From: Okeania sp. | GTDB lineage: Bacteria; Cyanobacteriota; Cyanobacteriia; Cyanobacteriales; Microcoleaceae | Direction: 5' to 3' | Assembly: GCF_035285525.1 (NCBI RefSeq) | Contig: NZ_JAYKGW010000183.1 | Coordinates: 1-32,000 of the forward strand | DNA length: 32,000 bases | In this document: positions 1 to 9,210 of the stretch, piece after piece | Layout of the letters: the number at the start of each line of letters is the position of its first letter | How positions within the stretch are numbered: position 1 is the first letter of the stretch | Made by a program: the position numbers and the translations under genes | The notes under the pieces: generated by a model | Told to the model about the DNA's origin: nothing | The model's input: the letters and a program-made list of their open reading frames with translations, nothing else | Database searches by the model: none

Positions 1-477
1 AAAAAAGTTTCTGTTAAGAAAGCAAAAACAAAACCAGTTATTAATTCTACGGTTCCTTATTTAGATATATCTTTAGCTAGAGTTGATAACCAACAACGTT
101 CCAAATTAAATGCTTTTTTTGGCAAAGAAGGAAGATGGAATAGAAAAACAGGTATTGTGATTCTTAGAGACTGGTTTGAAGTAGAAATTCTTGTCGATAT
201 AGCAACAACTAGAAATCCTATTTATCCTCAAGGAGATTTTATTGCCTACACTGATGATGGTTTAGTATTTCCCTGTCGAACTCCAGGCGATTATTATAAA
301 AATCTGAGGTCAAGAGATGACTTAAAAATTTTAGGTCATTAGATAAAAGGAAAACTACAAAAAAAAGAAGTTTTAGAAATATTTCAACCAGTCACAAGTC
401 AAACGTTAGAAGAATATGGTAAAGACTATATTCGGATATATAAATTATCAGACTCAGATTATTACTTAGAGTTTTAA
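1..477 (+). pseudogene. C-terminal (B3-like DNA-binding) part of an NgoFVII/BfiI-family type II restriction endonuclease; 5' end lies outside the window; in-frame TAG at 340-342
   Basis: Frame 1 is open from base 1. The translation ...FIAYTDDGLVFPCRTPGDYYKNLRSRDDLKILGH*IKGKLQKKEVLEIFQPVTSQTLEEYGKDYIRIYKLSDSDYYLEF fits my memory of the conserved tail of NgoFVII-type enzymes (tDDG..f.c ... LG.w.k.kL ... vt...L..YG...i.l.K....Y.leF). The TAG sits where W (TGG) is expected, and the frame continues to TAA at 475-477. Confidence 0.5.
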
Positions 478-590
478 ATAATAGTAATTTAGGTATATGT
501 TATTGTAGGAGTTTAGTTCCCAAATCGAATTTTTGTAAGATAAATCCTGAATAAAGGATATAATTAAATATAGTTTATTTATTAAATTGA

Positions 591-857
591 ATGATGAATA
601 TTATCTTAAGATCCGAACAAGAAAAATTTATTCAATCCCAAATTTCTAAGGGAAAATATACCAATATTCAATAGGCAATAGATGCAGCTTTAATACTATT
701 AGAAAAACAAGAACAAGATTATCAACAATGGCTTGATGAAACTCGCGCTCAGGTTAAAGTAGGTTTAAAACAATTAGAAAGGGGTGAAAAAGTTGATGGA
801 GAAATTGTTATTGCACAATTAAAAGAAAAATTTCAGCGGTTGCGAGAGGAAAATTAA
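591..857 (+). pseudogene. ParD/CC2985-type antitoxin with in-frame TAG at 672-674
   Basis: MMNIILRSEQEKFIQSQISKGKYTNIQ*AIDAALILLEKQEQDYQQWLDETRAQVKVGLKQLERGEKVDGEIVIAQLKEKFQRLREEN. This has the typical ParD-like layout (L..E...fI...v..G.Y.s.SEvi..aL.lL) and sits immediately upstream of a ParE-like reading frame. Confidence 0.55.
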
Positions 858-858
858 G

Positions 859-1346
859 GTGAATAAATATAGTTTATTTCAAGCAGCTATTCGTGACTTA
901 GATAAGATTTCTGATTGTTTTAGCAACTTTAAGGTGAACGTTTTGTTAAACGTTTTGATGATCAGTGTAAAAACGTAATTAACTTTCCTAGGATAGGGCG
1001 GAGTTATGGTCAAATTATGCCTAATTTCAGAGGTTTACCTTTAGATGGTTATATTATTTTTTATCAAGTAACTGAAGTTGAAATATAAATTGTGAAGATA
1101 GTTAGTGGGTAAGCATTCAGCTATCAGCAAAAGAAATCTTAAGCTCAAGGAGAATATTAAAATTAATATAGACTTGAAAACTGGCTTTTTTTTATAGTAA
1201 AATAAAGTTTCTGATTTTTCGGGAACCGTATAATAAAGCTTATATCAAAAACTAGAAGCACTCTTCTGATGGCTTATAGCTGACAGCTGAATGCTTACGT
1301 TAGTGGATATCGTAATTTAGAGTCTTTATTCTTAGACGACGAATAA
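859..1346 (+). pseudogene. ParE/RelE-family toxin, inactivated by a frameshift (~925-935), an in-frame TAA (~1086) and a MITE insertion
   Basis: The fragments VNKYSLFQAAIRDLDKISDCFSNFK / GERFVKRFDDQCKNVINFPRIGRSYGQIMPNFRGLPLDGYIIFYQVTEVEI*IVKIVSG / (MITE) / VSGYRNLESLFLDDE* together rebuild a ParE-like protein across two frames and across the 190-bp insertion. Confidence 0.55.
1109..1298. mobile_element. 190-bp MITE with terminal inverted repeats GTAAGCATTCAGCTATCAGC / GCTGACAGCTGAATGCTTAC, flanked by the 8-bp target duplication GTTAGTGG (1101-1108 and 1299-1306)
   Basis: TIRs and the direct duplication were read directly from the sequence. Removing the element plus one TSD copy restores the ParE reading frame (..IVKIVSGYRNLESLF..). 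Confidence 0.75.
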
Positions 1347-1407
1347 AATTAATACTCAATCCGATGATCGCCAAAAATAACTTTTGAGGATATTTAACTT
1401 CTTAAAT

Positions 1408-2601
1408 TTATCCTATCGGAGGCATACTCAACCCTTTTAAAGTCTGCTTCTTTTCTTCTTCAGTTAAACCTTTACTCTGCACTAATACTCCAAAATTTCC
1501 TAACCCTGTTGGGTCTATTAATGAATGTAATACCTCCCTACATCGGAAAACTTCTTCAATAGAAAATTCTTGATTATTTGATAATTCATTTAATCTATCT
1601 CCCAAACCTAACGCCATTAAAAATAAACCCTGTTGAGTAAAACCAATATTTTCTAATCCACACAAATTTCCCTGTTTTTCCAAAGCTGTAAAATCAACAT
1701 GAGCAGTAATATCTTGTCGCCCAATATTCCAATAAGGATTATTATTTCGGTGATGTTGATAATAACATTGTAGAGTTCCTTCTCTTCTCATGGGATTATA
1801 ATAACGTGGTGCTTGATAACCATAATCAATAGTTAATAAATAACCTTTCAGCAACTTATCACTAACAAATTTTATCCAATCTAAAGCTTCTAAATTTACT
1901 TCACTTTGATAACCATCAATATTAGGAAATGAAAGTAAATCTATATCGACTAATTTAAAATATTCAGCAATCTTAGGAGTGGAAACTTTATCGGTTATTT
2001 CTACAAATTTTTCCTGGGAGTCGGAGGTGACATAAATTTCTCGAATTTTCTGATTTTCTATCATAAATTTATGCACTGGAAAAGCATCTACCAACTCATT
2101 AGAAAAGAAACATCCGGTAATAGAATTATCGGAAATTTCATTCCAGTCACTCCACTGCACTTGATATGAATTTAGTCGTTGTTTTTGTTCTGCTTTTAAA
2201 ACTTCCGATTTTTCAATAATCAGATATTTAATTGTTGGGAAAAAATCCCAATGTGTTTTTTGGAGATAACCTAAAATTTGCTCCGCTAAAATTCCTTGAC
2301 CAGCACCCATTTCTACCAGAGTAAAATGATTAGGTTTTTGGAGAATATGCCACATTTGGAGAAATTGTTCTGCTAATAATTCTCCAAAGTCACTACCCCA
2401 ATGAGGAGAAGTTAAAAAGTCTCCTTGTTTGCCAATATTGACAGGATCGGTTCCATAATAACCATGTTGGGGATGATATAAAACTAAATCCATATATTCA
2501 GCAAAAGTAATTTGTTTTTTTTGAGATTTAGAAATGTGTTGATGGATTATTTCACACAAAATTTTGTTATTGTGGTTGATAGTTAGTTGTGGTTGATTCA
2601 T
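1408..2601 (-). CDS. MidA/NDUFAF7-type (DUF185) class I SAM-dependent methyltransferase
   Basis: 397-aa ORF. YMDLVLYHPQHGYYG...GDFLTSPHWGSDFGELLAEQF...LVEMGAGQGILA is the characteristic MidA-family N-terminus and SAM-binding motif. Confidence 0.85.
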   Translation of the reverse strand: MNQPQLTINHNNKILCEIIHQHISKSQKKQITFAEYMDLVLYHPQHGYYGTDPVNIGKQGDFLTSPHWGSDFGELLAEQFLQMWHILQKPNHFTLVEMGAGQGILAEQILGYLQKTHWDFFPTIKYLIIEKSEVLKAEQKQRLNSYQVQWSDWNEISDNSITGCFFSNELVDAFPVHKFMIENQKIREIYVTSDSQEKFVEITDKVSTPKIAEYFKLVDIDLLSFPNIDGYQSEVNLEALDWIKFVSDKLLKGYLLTIDYGYQAPRYYNPMRREGTLQCYYQHHRNNNPYWNIGRQDITAHVDFTALEKQGNLCGLENIGFTQQGLFLMALGLGDRLNELSNNQEFSIEEVFRCREVLHSLIDPTGLGNFGVLVQSKGLTEEEKKQTLKGLSMPPIG

Positions 2602-2906
2602 AAAATTAAGGAATAAAAATAAAATTTTTTCTCTATTATAAATATATATAGCAATCCTATTTGATTTGTGTCAAAATTTTAGTTGCTTTTAACGAACAGA
2701 TAAAAAGCAACAGGTGGGAGTTTCAGAGTTGATTTCTATTTTTTTAGTTACTTAGGGTTATTATAGCAATCCTAAATAGCTTGTAAAATTTGAATGGGAA
2801 AATTGAGTATAAATTAATTATATATTTCTAATTAGGGAAAGAAAAGTTTTCCCAATCCTGACTATTTATTGATAATTTTAACTAGCAAACATCAACATAA
2901 AATTAA

Positions 2907-3156
2907 ATGACCAGACGACCGACGACCAATTTGCTAAACAATACCTCGAAAGAATGAGTTTCACCCTGTTGGTAAAGTCAGAATTAATCGAAAAGTTCCT
3001 GGAGAAGTTAGACAAATAGATATTTATTTTTCTCCAGCTTCAAAAACTCCTACTTCTAGCCTGAATTTAGGGGTATTAAGTCAAATATTATGCAGTAATT
3101 GTTTAATTAAAACATTTATAAATCAACCCAGCTTGATTGAAACAAGAAATTTATAA
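2907..3156 (+). pseudogene. Frameshifted remnant of a cyanobacterial PD-(D/E)XK (Rpn/YhgA-like) putative transposase/nuclease family gene
   Basis: Two frames give DDQFAKQYLE... and ...VPGEVRQIDIYFSPASKTPTSSLNLGVLSQILCSNCLIKTFINQPSLIETRNL*. This resembles the N-terminal nuclease core (E.rQ.D.yF.P) of a family common in Nostocales. The identification is from memory only. Confidence 0.25.
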
Positions 3157-3534
3157 GTTAATTTTACCTCTCTAATTATATAGATAATAGTTTTCGTAAC
3201 TATGAATATTTATAGCGTGGATAAATATCTAATTATATAAAATGAAATTGTTGTCAAACTTCATAATAAATGCACTATCCTAAATGCTAAGATTTTCGTC
3301 ATAAAAAAACATTTTTCGTAGGCAACAAAATCTGAACCTTCCCACAAGTGTAGGCATCAAAACTTTTTAATCTCATATTCCTAAAGTATATCAACTTCAA
3401 GTTAAATAACTATGTCTAAAAATGTATTTTAATGGTATGTGATTCAGACATAAAGCATTACATATTTACCAACGTAGAAAGTTTTTTCCTATATTTAGAA
3501 TGTCAGCATTTCCTGGGCAATAATTACGTGAAAA

Positions 3535-5304
3535 CTATTTCTCTGTAACTGGTTTAGAAAAGCTATCAATTATCTTTTGCATATCCTCTTCTGTAAGAAA
3601 CTTAAGTAAACTAAAAGTGAATGGTTCTTGATTAAGATATTCAAGATAAGGTTGACTTAAATATAGTAATGATTGAGATTTATTTTGAAGATAAGACTGA
3701 AAAAATGCTAAACTTAATGCCTGAAGATAGGGATGAGTCAAATTCGGATCAGGACCAATTAATTCTTTTGGTAGTTCTATAGAACTAGAAGTTTCTTCTT
3801 CTTCAGCTATAAATGAAAAATGAGTTGCTGGTTTACTTATGACTAAATATTTTTCTGGAGTAGTTAAATTGATAAACGGATAAATTTGTTCTGGTATTGG
3901 TGGGGCAAAAATATCTTCAGTGCTAGAAACAATCATTGTTGGTATTTTTATCTGACTAATACCTTGACTTTTTTCTCCAAATATACTACTACTCACAGGG
4001 TTAATTGCTATTGCTGTTGCGATGCGTTTATCTCCTAAATTATTGATAGTTTCTTCTGGTAAAGTTATGGCTTGACACTGCAATAATAGAGATAAATTTA
4101 AGATAAATTTAGAGTCTTCACTTTCGCAATCTTTTCGTAGTTGTTGCAAACTTAAAGGAGCCCCCGCAGCACTTAAAGCAGTATATCCACCAAAAGATTG
4201 ACCTAATATTCCCACTTGTTGTAAATTTAGTTTACCTTGCCACTTAGAATCAGAGCCTATTTTTTTCTCTATTTCATCTAATAAATACTTAATATCTAAT
4301 GGGCGATTAATAAATTCTGTTCCATCTACAGGTCTGCTAAAACCTGCAAATATTTTTTCAACTTTTTCTGCATTTGAACCAATATGTTCTGGTACTATTA
4401 CAGCAAAACCATAAGATGCTAAATGTTCAGCAAGATAGACAAAACTATTTCTATCTGAACCTAAACCATGAGAAATAATAACTACAGGAATTAATTTATT
4501 TCCGGCAATATGGGGAATATAAATATCTACTGGAGAAGTATCGTCGCGATTTGGATTTCTAAAGGTAAAAGATTTTTTTTTCCATCTTGTATTGCCTGAC
4601 TTTCTTAAATCTAGTAAATTATTAAAATTCAGTTTATTGCCAGAAGACTCTAGATTTTTTGCTTGTTGTTGTAGTTCTTTTAAAATCCTATTTTGTTCTA
4701 CAAATCTTTCTGTTAACTGACGAACTAAATTAACACCTTCTTCAAGTTCTATATAAATATCTCCAGGAAAATTTTTCAGCAAATTAATAATTGTTATAGC
4801 ACCTGGTTCTTCAATAGTTAATTCAAAGGCTGTTTTAATTGCTAAACTACCATTTTGATTTTTTCCTGTTTGAATAATTTCACCTAAACGTTTTAATATT
4901 TCTTCTCCTGCTGGTTCTTCTATGAAAGCTTCTACAATACTAGGGTTTAAGTTAAAAGGCTGTTGTAAAACTTGTTGTAGGTCTTTTTTTTGCTTTATTA
5001 AAAGTTGCTGGAGTTCCTCTATTTCATCTTTGAATAATTCTGAATAAAGAATAAACTCATTTGTGTATTCTTCTTCTTTGGCAAAATTTTCGATAGATTC
5101 TACAGGTATTTTAATTTCAAAACCTGGCACATAAATTTCGATTGGTTCTTTGATATCAATGTTGATATTAATATCTGGAACAACAATGACAATTTTTTCA
5201 GCAGCAATAACAGGAGTAGGAGTAAAAACAGGTGATAATATACCTATTCCCAGGAAAAATATAAATCGTGAAATAGATTTGGTTATGAAGTTCTGAAGTA
5301 TCAT
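3535..5304 (-). CDS. Secreted alpha/beta hydrolase (dienelactone hydrolase / PAF-acetylhydrolase-like) with a cyanobacterial N-terminal extension (DUF1400-like)
   Basis: 589-aa ORF with an N-terminal hydrophobic signal-like segment. It has the HG oxyanion motif (VIISHGLGSD) and the nucleophile elbow GQSFGG. Confidence 0.8.
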   Translation of the reverse strand: MILQNFITKSISRFIFFLGIGILSPVFTPTPVIAAEKIVIVVPDININIDIKEPIEIYVPGFEIKIPVESIENFAKEEEYTNEFILYSELFKDEIEELQQLLIKQKKDLQQVLQQPFNLNPSIVEAFIEEPAGEEILKRLGEIIQTGKNQNGSLAIKTAFELTIEEPGAITIINLLKNFPGDIYIELEEGVNLVRQLTERFVEQNRILKELQQQAKNLESSGNKLNFNNLLDLRKSGNTRWKKKSFTFRNPNRDDTSPVDIYIPHIAGNKLIPVVIISHGLGSDRNSFVYLAEHLASYGFAVIVPEHIGSNAEKVEKIFAGFSRPVDGTEFINRPLDIKYLLDEIEKKIGSDSKWQGKLNLQQVGILGQSFGGYTALSAAGAPLSLQQLRKDCESEDSKFILNLSLLLQCQAITLPEETINNLGDKRIATAIAINPVSSSIFGEKSQGISQIKIPTMIVSSTEDIFAPPIPEQIYPFINLTTPEKYLVISKPATHFSFIAEEEETSSSIELPKELIGPDPNLTHPYLQALSLAFFQSYLQNKSQSLLYLSQPYLEYLNQEPFTFSLLKFLTEEDMQKIIDSFSKPVTEK

Positions 5305-6254
5305 TAATCCCTCCTAAATTATATTAATTAAAATAAATTATAACGTTTTTTAGTCTAATCAGGTAAATCTGTCTTTATTTATTTCCTTTAAACAATCAGC
5401 TATTAGTTGTCAGCTATTAGCAATATTTTTAGGCTATCCTCTATAATATACTCCTGAAATCCTGTGGATGGCAAATAGAGGGATGGGGAAAAAGTCTGTA
5501 ATTAAATATGTTTACTCTCCCGGAATAACCATTGAATAGCAAGTTCATAACTTCTCTCTAATGTCTAAATTTTATGTCAAGAAATATCCTGATCAAGCAT
5601 AGGTTTTAAGTAGCGAGTTTAAATTAATTATCAAATTTAAAAATTTTGAATAGGTCATTTCAGTTATCAGTTATCAGTTATCAGTAGAGAGTCAAATTTT
5701 GACTAAAGTCGGAGGCTTGAAATACTGAGTTAAATATTTCTCTTGGTCGAGAGATGGCGAGGTTTTATTGCCATCTTACCCTTCGGGAAGCTCCGCTGAC
5801 GACCGCTTTTTCATCCCCGAACCAGGGGAGGTACATACCCTCATTTTTTGGTAATAAATAATAGCAATAGGTATTTAGCTGTCAGCTCTTAGTTATTAAT
5901 TGCCAAGCAGGTAAAACAACCCTTGAAATTGAGAAACAATAAAAAGTTACCGAATCATTAATAGTTAATAATTAAGAGTTGATAGTTAATAATTATTCAT
6001 TCAACAATTCATTACTGGAAGCCTCCCCTAGGGCATAAATCAAAAAAATTCGTGATTAGTCAATACCCTTCTTTAAAGAAGGGGTAATTATTAATTATTA
6101 ATTGTTCATTATTAATTGCTGAATGTCGAAGTTTCTTTCCCAAAACTTAGAAGTAATTATTCATTTTAAGTCAAATATTAACTATTAGCCAAGTTTCAAT
6201 TATATGTGTTATAATTACTAACTGTTTTAAAATATATATAAAAACTTTACAACT

Positions 6255-6695
6255 ATGAAAAACAACTACTCTAAAACAGAGATTAAGAAAAAAATGCAAT
6301 CTAAAGGACTAAGAATTACTCCTCAGCGATTTGCAGTTTATACTAATCTTCTGTCTCGTTCAGATCATCCCACTGTTGAAGACATTCTCAATGAAGTGAA
6401 CCGCGAGTTACCAATTTCTTCTAAAGCAACTATTTATAGTGCTTTAACTGTATTAAGAGAAGTGGGTTTAGTGAAAGAAGTATTACTAGAAGAAGGACTA
6501 ACTCGTTATGATGCTAATATTAAACCCCATCATCATTTTTGCTGTCAAAACTGTGGCGCAATAGTTGATATAAATTGGGAAATTTTTAGTAATATAAAAT
6601 TAGATAAATTACCTCAAGGACTTCGTGCAGAAAGCTATGAAGTTATTGTTAAAGGGATATGCGATCACCAAGGTTGTCAACCAAAAGAGAGTTAA
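6255..6695 (+). CDS. Fur-family metal/peroxide-responsive transcriptional regulator
   Basis: 146 aa. LRITPQRFAVY...HPTVEDIL winged-helix region, the HHHF motif and paired Cys motifs (CCQNCG ... CDHQGC). Confidence 0.9.
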   Translation: MKNNYSKTEIKKKMQSKGLRITPQRFAVYTNLLSRSDHPTVEDILNEVNRELPISSKATIYSALTVLREVGLVKEVLLEEGLTRYDANIKPHHHFCCQNCGAIVDINWEIFSNIKLDKLPQGLRAESYEVIVKGICDHQGCQPKES

Positions 6696-6875
6696 GAATT
6701 AAGAATTAATAGTTTGTAAGACTTTATCCAACGGGGTTTGCTTTCCAAATCTCTTAAAAGTTGGATTTGGAGACCAAACCCCTACAGTTTTTTCTCACAA
6801 ATAACTTCTTATGGTTATGTATATTTTTAGCATTGTATTAAGCCCAAATTTATAGAGAAATGGTGTTACATAGAC

Positions 6876-6900
6876 GTAGGTTGGGTTGAGGTACGAAACA
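6876..6900 (+). repeat. Truncated copy of the dispersed GTAGGTTGGGTTGAGGAACGAAACCCAACA element
   Basis: Matches the 5' part of the copies at 28591 and, in reverse complement, at 29475-29543. Confidence 0.7.
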
Positions 6901-7059
6901 AAGGCAAAAATTTTTTCTTCCCTACTCCCTAATGCACTATTTTAGGTGAAACAGTCCAGTAGTGCGGGTATTTTACCCCCGCGAGTGTACTTCATAAAAA
7001 GGGAAAGCGCTGTATCAATTATTAATTATCCATTATTCATTATTCAAATAATTTTTATT

Positions 7060-7449
7060 ATGATGAAAATTAAAAGATTTAATCACGTTGCAATTATTTG
7101 CTCTAATTATGAAAAATCAAAGCATTTTTATGTGAATATTTTAGGCTGTGAAATTATTCAAGAAACTTGGAGAAAATCCCGTAATTCTTATAAATTAGAC
7201 TTGCGTGTAGGTGATAATAATCAAATAGAATTATTTTCCTTTCCTGACCCCCCAAAAAGGTTAACTCGCCCCGAAGCTTGTGGTCTAAGACATTTAGCAT
7301 TAGAAGTAGATAATATTGAGGAGTCTGTTGATTATTTAAAATCTCAAGGTCTAGAAGTAGAAAATATTAGAATTGATGAAATAACTGGTAAGCGCTTTAC
7401 GTTTTTTCCAGACCCAGATCAATTACCATTAGAAATTTATGAAAGTTAG
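7060..7449 (+). CDS. VOC-family (glyoxalase/bleomycin-resistance fold, YaeR-like) protein
   Basis: MMKIKRFNHVAIICSNYEKSKHFYVNILGCEI...QIELFSF...RPEACGLRHLALEVDNIEESVDYLKSQG. The tracked ORF starts at 6946, but its first 38 codons run through an AT-rich repeat, so ATG 7060 is the more likely start. Confidence 0.8.
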   Translation: MMKIKRFNHVAIICSNYEKSKHFYVNILGCEIIQETWRKSRNSYKLDLRVGDNNQIELFSFPDPPKRLTRPEACGLRHLALEVDNIEESVDYLKSQGLEVENIRIDEITGKRFTFFPDPDQLPLEIYES

Positions 7450-7865
7450 GGAGTAATTAATAGTTAACAATTAATAATTAAGGTTGACTGAAAAAATCTT
7501 TTAGTACGGGAATAGGACTCAGGATAAATGAAAATTACAAAGTAGGTAGTCAGAAGAATATTGGCTTAATTTTCATATCTAATACTACTCCATTGAGGCT
7601 CAATTTTTCCGCTTTCTCAACCGAAAAGCTAATACTTTTTCCTATTCTAAAATTTAAGCTGTCAGCTATCATCAATAAGATTTAGGGTTTATATAGCAAT
7701 CAGTTGTGATTTGCAAGAGTTTGTAATATTTTATGGTAGGGGTTTGGAAACCAAACCCCTACAGTTTTTTCTCACATCTGATTTCTGATTGTTATAGTAA
7801 GCTCTAATTTGGTGTAAATTGATAAAAATGTTATCTTAAACCAATTAATCTAGCTCAATTAATAA

Positions 7866-8111
7866 AGCTTTAAAACTTCAGTCAAAACACAATTCTGAAA
7901 ATCAGATAATAATCTGAAACTTAGGGAGTAGAGAATAGTAATTTGGCAAATAGAAAAAAAGTCAAACAACTTTACTTCAATAAAAACAATTCTCAAAATT
8001 AGATAATAATCTGAAACTTAGGGAGTAGAGAATAGTAATTTGGGAAATAGAAAAAAAGTCAAACAACTTTACTTCAATAAAAACAATTCTGAAAATCAGA
8101 TAATAATCTGA
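7866..8111. repeat. Tandem repeat, period 97 bp, about 2.3-2.5 copies, 92 bp upstream of the TVP38-family gene
   Basis: The string ACAATTCTGAAAATCAGATAATAATCTGAAACTTAGGGAGTAGAGAATAGTAATTTGG.AAATAGAAAAAAAGTCAAACAACTTTACTTCAATAAAA recurs at 7889, 7986 and 8083. Each unit holds overlapping palindromes TCTGA-aaa-TCAGA and TCAGAT-aata-ATCTGA. Confidence 0.9.
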
Positions 8112-8202
8112 TTAAAATCAACTTAAACTATTGTTTTTATGTCATCAAAATGATTATAATCTCAATCATAACTAAGATATTTTTCAAGGGAGTTAATATA
8201 TT

Positions 8203-8928
8203 ATGAACGACCTAAAACAAACCCCAAAAAAGCCAAAATTCAACAAACTACTTAAACCACTATTAATTATGTTTGGAGTTGCCACCCTTATAACTATTGC
8301 TCAGAAATTTTTTAACGTTCAAGAACTATTAAATAACGCCTTAAACTGGATTAATGAACTTGGTCATTGGGGTCCAATAGCCTTTATTACTATATACATT
8401 TTGGCTACAATTTTCTTCCTACCTGGTTCTCTAATAACCCTTGGTGCAGGTGTACTATTTGGTCCTATTTTTGGTTCAATTTATGTTTCTATTGCTTCAA
8501 CTATCGGTGCAACTTGCGCCTTCTTAGTTGGTCGATATTTAGCAAGAGGTTGGGTTTCCCAACAAATAGAAAGAAATGAACAATTTCAAGCTATAGACAA
8601 AGCTGTTGCTGATGAGGGATGGAAAATAGTTGGGCTAACTCGCTTATCCCCCATTTTTCCCTTTAACCTGCTAAACTACGCTTTTGGTGTCACTAAAGTT
8701 TCTCTACCAGACTATTTTTTGGCATCTTGGATTGGTATGATGCCAGCTACAGTAATGTATGTATATCTAGGCTCCTTGGCAGGAAGTTTAGCAACTTTAG
8801 GTACAGAAGGTCGCGAGCGGACTACAATAGAATGGGTTCTCTACGGAGTTGGTCTAGTTGCCACAGTTGCAGTAACTATTTATGTGACTAAAATTGCCAA
8901 ACAAGCTTTACAAAAGAAAATATCTTAA
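8203..8928 (+). CDS. TVP38/TMEM64 (DedA-related, SNARE-associated/VTT domain) membrane protein
   Basis: 241 aa with multiple TM segments. FLPGSLITLGAGVLFGP..G......G...G....F..GR and RL.P..PFNL.NY..G are the VTT-domain signatures. Confidence 0.85.
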   Translation: MNDLKQTPKKPKFNKLLKPLLIMFGVATLITIAQKFFNVQELLNNALNWINELGHWGPIAFITIYILATIFFLPGSLITLGAGVLFGPIFGSIYVSIASTIGATCAFLVGRYLARGWVSQQIERNEQFQAIDKAVADEGWKIVGLTRLSPIFPFNLLNYAFGVTKVSLPDYFLASWIGMMPATVMYVYLGSLAGSLATLGTEGRERTTIEWVLYGVGLVATVAVTIYVTKIAKQALQKKIS

Positions 8929-9210
8929 TTTTTATAGATCAAGACTTACGCAAAGAAACTCGTTTTCTACAGTAAATCATTGTTTTTGATACAAGACTTA
9001 CACAAAGGTACTATGTATAGAGTTCAAAAACTATTCCGCAATAGTTGTAGACACTATATATAGAGTCTCTGCGTAAGTCCTATGATTATAAACATCTACG
9101 CTAGTACCAGGTTTCTGGGTTCCCATAGCTTTAGTTCTGTAGATAACTTCTGCCAGCAAGAAGATTAAGCTTTATACTAAAAGCTGAGAATTTATGGTCA
9201 AAAAAATTTA

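Noticed and set aside
5690-5830. Possible structured RNA or riboswitch upstream of the Fur-family gene (several short hairpins: AGTCAAA..TTTGACT, AGATGGC..GCCATCT, CCC-TTC-GGG, CCCC..GGGG, then a T-run).
   Set aside because: The segment is built from motifs that recur elsewhere as dispersed repeats: GGAGGCTTGAAA also at 15661, and the GGAA(G/T)CTCCGC theme at 13877 and 31947. I cannot match it to any riboswitch or known sRNA consensus. It lies more than 400 bp from the fur start.
8367-8579. 70-aa ORF in an alternative frame inside the TVP38-family gene. Also the antisense or overlapping ORFs 12891-13142, 16561-17001, 18274-18477, 19571-19756, 20236-20472, 20513-20758, 22333-22572, 24786-24998, 26933-27139, 28004-28201, 30373-30564 and 31017-31208.
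   Set aside because: All are nested in, or antisense to, much longer ORFs with clear family signatures. Their translations are low-complexity or Cys/Trp/Leu-rich, as expected of shadow frames.
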